Source: an uncultured Verrucomicrobiota bacterium
GTDB taxonomy: Bacteria; Verrucomicrobiota; Verrucomicrobiia; Limisphaerales; UBA9464
DNA length: 43,183 nt
NCBI GenBank assembly: GCA_964654875.1
Contig: CAZZKQ010000001.1
Location: forward strand, 1-43,183
Direction: 5' to 3'
Both the position numbers and the translations under genes were made by a program. Positions 41,901 through 43,183 of the stretch are shown here, piece by piece. Every line of letters starts with the position of its first letter. Position 1 is the first letter of the stretch. The notes beneath the pieces were generated by a model. The model made no database searches. It was not told where the DNA came from and was given only the letters and a program-made list of their open reading frames with translations.

Positions 41901-42563
41901 TCATGGCACTGCAATGAATCGATGTTCTCGATTCGAATATCTCCACGATTCACTATTTGTGGATGCATAACTTGGAGTCGACGATTTATAATCTTCAATA
42001 GATGAGAATACAGCATTTTTACGAACAACCGTAATGCTAGGTAGTGATTCTATCGTGAATGCACCAATAAGCAAATCCGATTTAGATGAACGCAGCTCGT
42101 GGTCTGACCAGTTGTCCGCATTGATCTCCGCTGTCTTTCGTAACTTCCCATTAACTATAGACAATAAAAAATATTTTGCTTTCATTTCGCCAGTTCCGTA
42201 GGCTTCGATAACATATATAACCAAATGCGATACTTTTCCTGAAGCGTTCCACAAGGGTTGAACATTAAAAGCTCCCGGCCAGGCAATTTTATCTTTTATG
42301 CGCCCGTCATTTGACAACAACAAAAACAATCCCCGAGCCGCCGTCGGCGTTTGCCACAGGCAATAAGCAAAACGAAATGTCGCCCCAGTTGCCGCATCGG
42401 TGCCAGCAACAACCTGGTGGCTATCCGCCTCACTTTCCATACTCATTTCAATTTGTCTCTCGAAGGAAAACACATCACTATTGGATTTTTGCTTAGCAGC
42501 AGATGCGCATGAAGCGACACAAAGCGCTGCAAAGCATAGTGACAAAACTGGCCATATCTTCAT
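41901..42563 (-). CDS. Lipoprotein, candidate periplasmic immunity protein for the Rhs-3 cell-wall hydrolase tip
   Basis: The start is placed at ATG 42563 (MKIWPVLSLCFAALCVASCASA, lipobox VASC), which overlaps the Rhs-3 stop (ATGA at 42560-42563). It is low GC. Confidence 0.65.
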   Translation of the reverse strand: MKIWPVLSLCFAALCVASCASAAKQKSNSDVFSFERQIEMSMESEADSHQVVAGTDAATGATFRFAYCLWQTPTAARGLFLLLSNDGRIKDKIAWPGAFNVQPLWNASGKVSHLVIYVIEAYGTGEMKAKYFLLSIVNGKLRKTAEINADNWSDHELRSSKSDLLIGAFTIESLPSITVVRKNAVFSSIEDYKSSTPSYASTNSESWRYSNREHRFIAVP

Positions 42564-43183
42564 GCGATGGGGCGATTCTTGCATTTCCATATGTCTTGGC
42601 TGCAACCACGAACGGTAACCTTCTTGCAATTTCCCTTGCGCACCTCATCTTCTTTCATCCATTTAGGAGTCTTGTTCTTCGTCCAGAAATACTGAGCTCC
42701 TCCTGTTGGGTCTGTTCCTGGATTATCGCATATACTAACGATTGGTTTTAATCTTTTCGCCGTAGCCGAAGCGTCGTTTTTGCAACATTGGTCAAATTTT
42801 GGCGCTTTTGATTTGTTAAATCCGCAACCGAATGCTGAAGACATTGCTTGACCGCAAAAGTCGGTTTCGCCTTTAAAATCTGGCCAGTTTGTATTCTGTC
42901 GATTGGTCATTATCCAATAATCAACGCGTTCACATCCGGCTTCGCCTTCACAATACAACATACAGACACAACACGAATAATCATCTCCGTCGTCACTACA
43001 ACATCCATCGGTATCTCCCCCTTCTCTGGTTGGGGCAAGTCCCATTGAATCTATCAGGTTCAATGCGTTATTCAGGACATAATCATAACTCTGTGTAATA
43101 TATTCATATTCCACAAGGTCCCTGCTCGCCCATCGTCCGAGACCTGTGTGGTAGTAGCGGTAGCGGACCTGGTAGAGGCCTGA
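42560..43183 (-). CDS. rhs: 3' end of a third RHS/YD-repeat toxin (partial, continues beyond the window) with a SleB-like cell-wall hydrolase C-terminal domain
   Basis: The frame is open to the window edge: GLYQVRYRYYHTGLGRWASRDLVEYEYITQSYDYVLNNALNLIDSMGL, the RHS core end plus a DPxGL equivalent. The tip has MLYCEGEAG...IMTNRQ...GGAQYFWTKNKTPKWM, compared with SleB VYSEARGE...VLNRV...GGALYYYNP..TSKW. Confidence 0.8.
   Translation of the reverse strand, partial: SGLYQVRYRYYHTGLGRWASRDLVEYEYITQSYDYVLNNALNLIDSMGLAPTREGGDTDGCCSDDGDDYSCCVCMLYCEGEAGCERVDYWIMTNRQNTNWPDFKGETDFCGQAMSSAFGCGFNKSKAPKFDQCCKNDASATAKRLKPIVSICDNPGTDPTGGAQYFWTKNKTPKWMKEDEVRKGNCKKVTVRGCSQDIWKCKNRPIA

Noticed and set aside
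26963-43183. T6SS-, CDI- or Tc-toxin-linked RHS loci
   Set aside because: No VgrG, PAAR, Hcp, DUF4123/DUF1795 adaptors, CdiB/TpsB or TcA/TcB-like genes are visible in the window. The full-length RHS proteins (Rhs-1, Rhs-2) carry Sec-type signal peptides, and the Rhs-3 N-terminus lies outside the window. Absence from the rest of the genome cannot be judged from here.
1-43183. CRISPR arrays, rRNA/tRNA genes, IS transposases
   Set aside because: I scanned for short regularly spaced repeats, conserved rRNA strings, cloverleaf candidates and DDE or HUH motifs and saw none. The only repeats are the long direct duplications listed as features.

Overview
This is a 43.2-kb mosaic accessory region. 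The backbone is about 60% GC and is interrupted by islands of roughly 40-47% GC. The host is probably Verrucomicrobiota- or Planctomycetota-like, judging from Sec-signal RHS proteins and a GH29 fucosidase, but that is a guess and cannot be shown from this window. From left to right: (1) A decayed type I R-M locus (hsdM', hsdS' and hsdR' fragments) encloses an intact Lamassu/DdmABC-type (ABC-3C) defence cassette and a fourth unknown gene. (2) A DUF4143 AAA ATPase, a VapBC toxin-antitoxin pair and a tyrosine integrase follow. (3) A low-GC island carries a solitary OLD-family ATPase-TOPRIM nuclease and decayed rhs debris. (4) Rhs locus 1 is a 1945-2002-aa RHS/YD protein with an N-terminal C39-like peptidase domain, a TPR immunity candidate, and a displaced toxin-less rhs 3' cassette that forms a 735-bp direct repeat. 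(5) Remnants of a mobile-element leading region follow: Dam-like MTase fragments duplicated around a fic gene, an AbiEii fragment, DUF932 and RadC. (6) Rhs locus 2 is an operon of a 1009-aa secreted beta-helix-like protein, a 351-aa Cys-rich secreted protein, an 1829-aa RHS protein with an unrecognised 210-aa C-terminal domain, and an immunity candidate. A GH29 fucosidase follows, and the operon sits behind a decapitated copy of the locus-1 leader. (7) An ORF-less group II ribozyme has domains V-VI lying upstream of a GUGCG 5' splice site and domain-I-like RNA. This is the order of circularly permuted group II ribozymes, and it is followed by two unknown genes. I rate this the most interesting signal in the window. 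(8) A RiboL-PSP-type HEPN gene sits with a small partner ORF. (9) The 3' end of a third RHS gene carries a SleB-like cell-wall hydrolase tip and is translationally coupled to a lipoprotein immunity gene. I recognised no rRNA, tRNA, CRISPR array, transposase or reverse transcriptase. All family assignments come from reading motifs by eye and need HMM or covariance-model confirmation.
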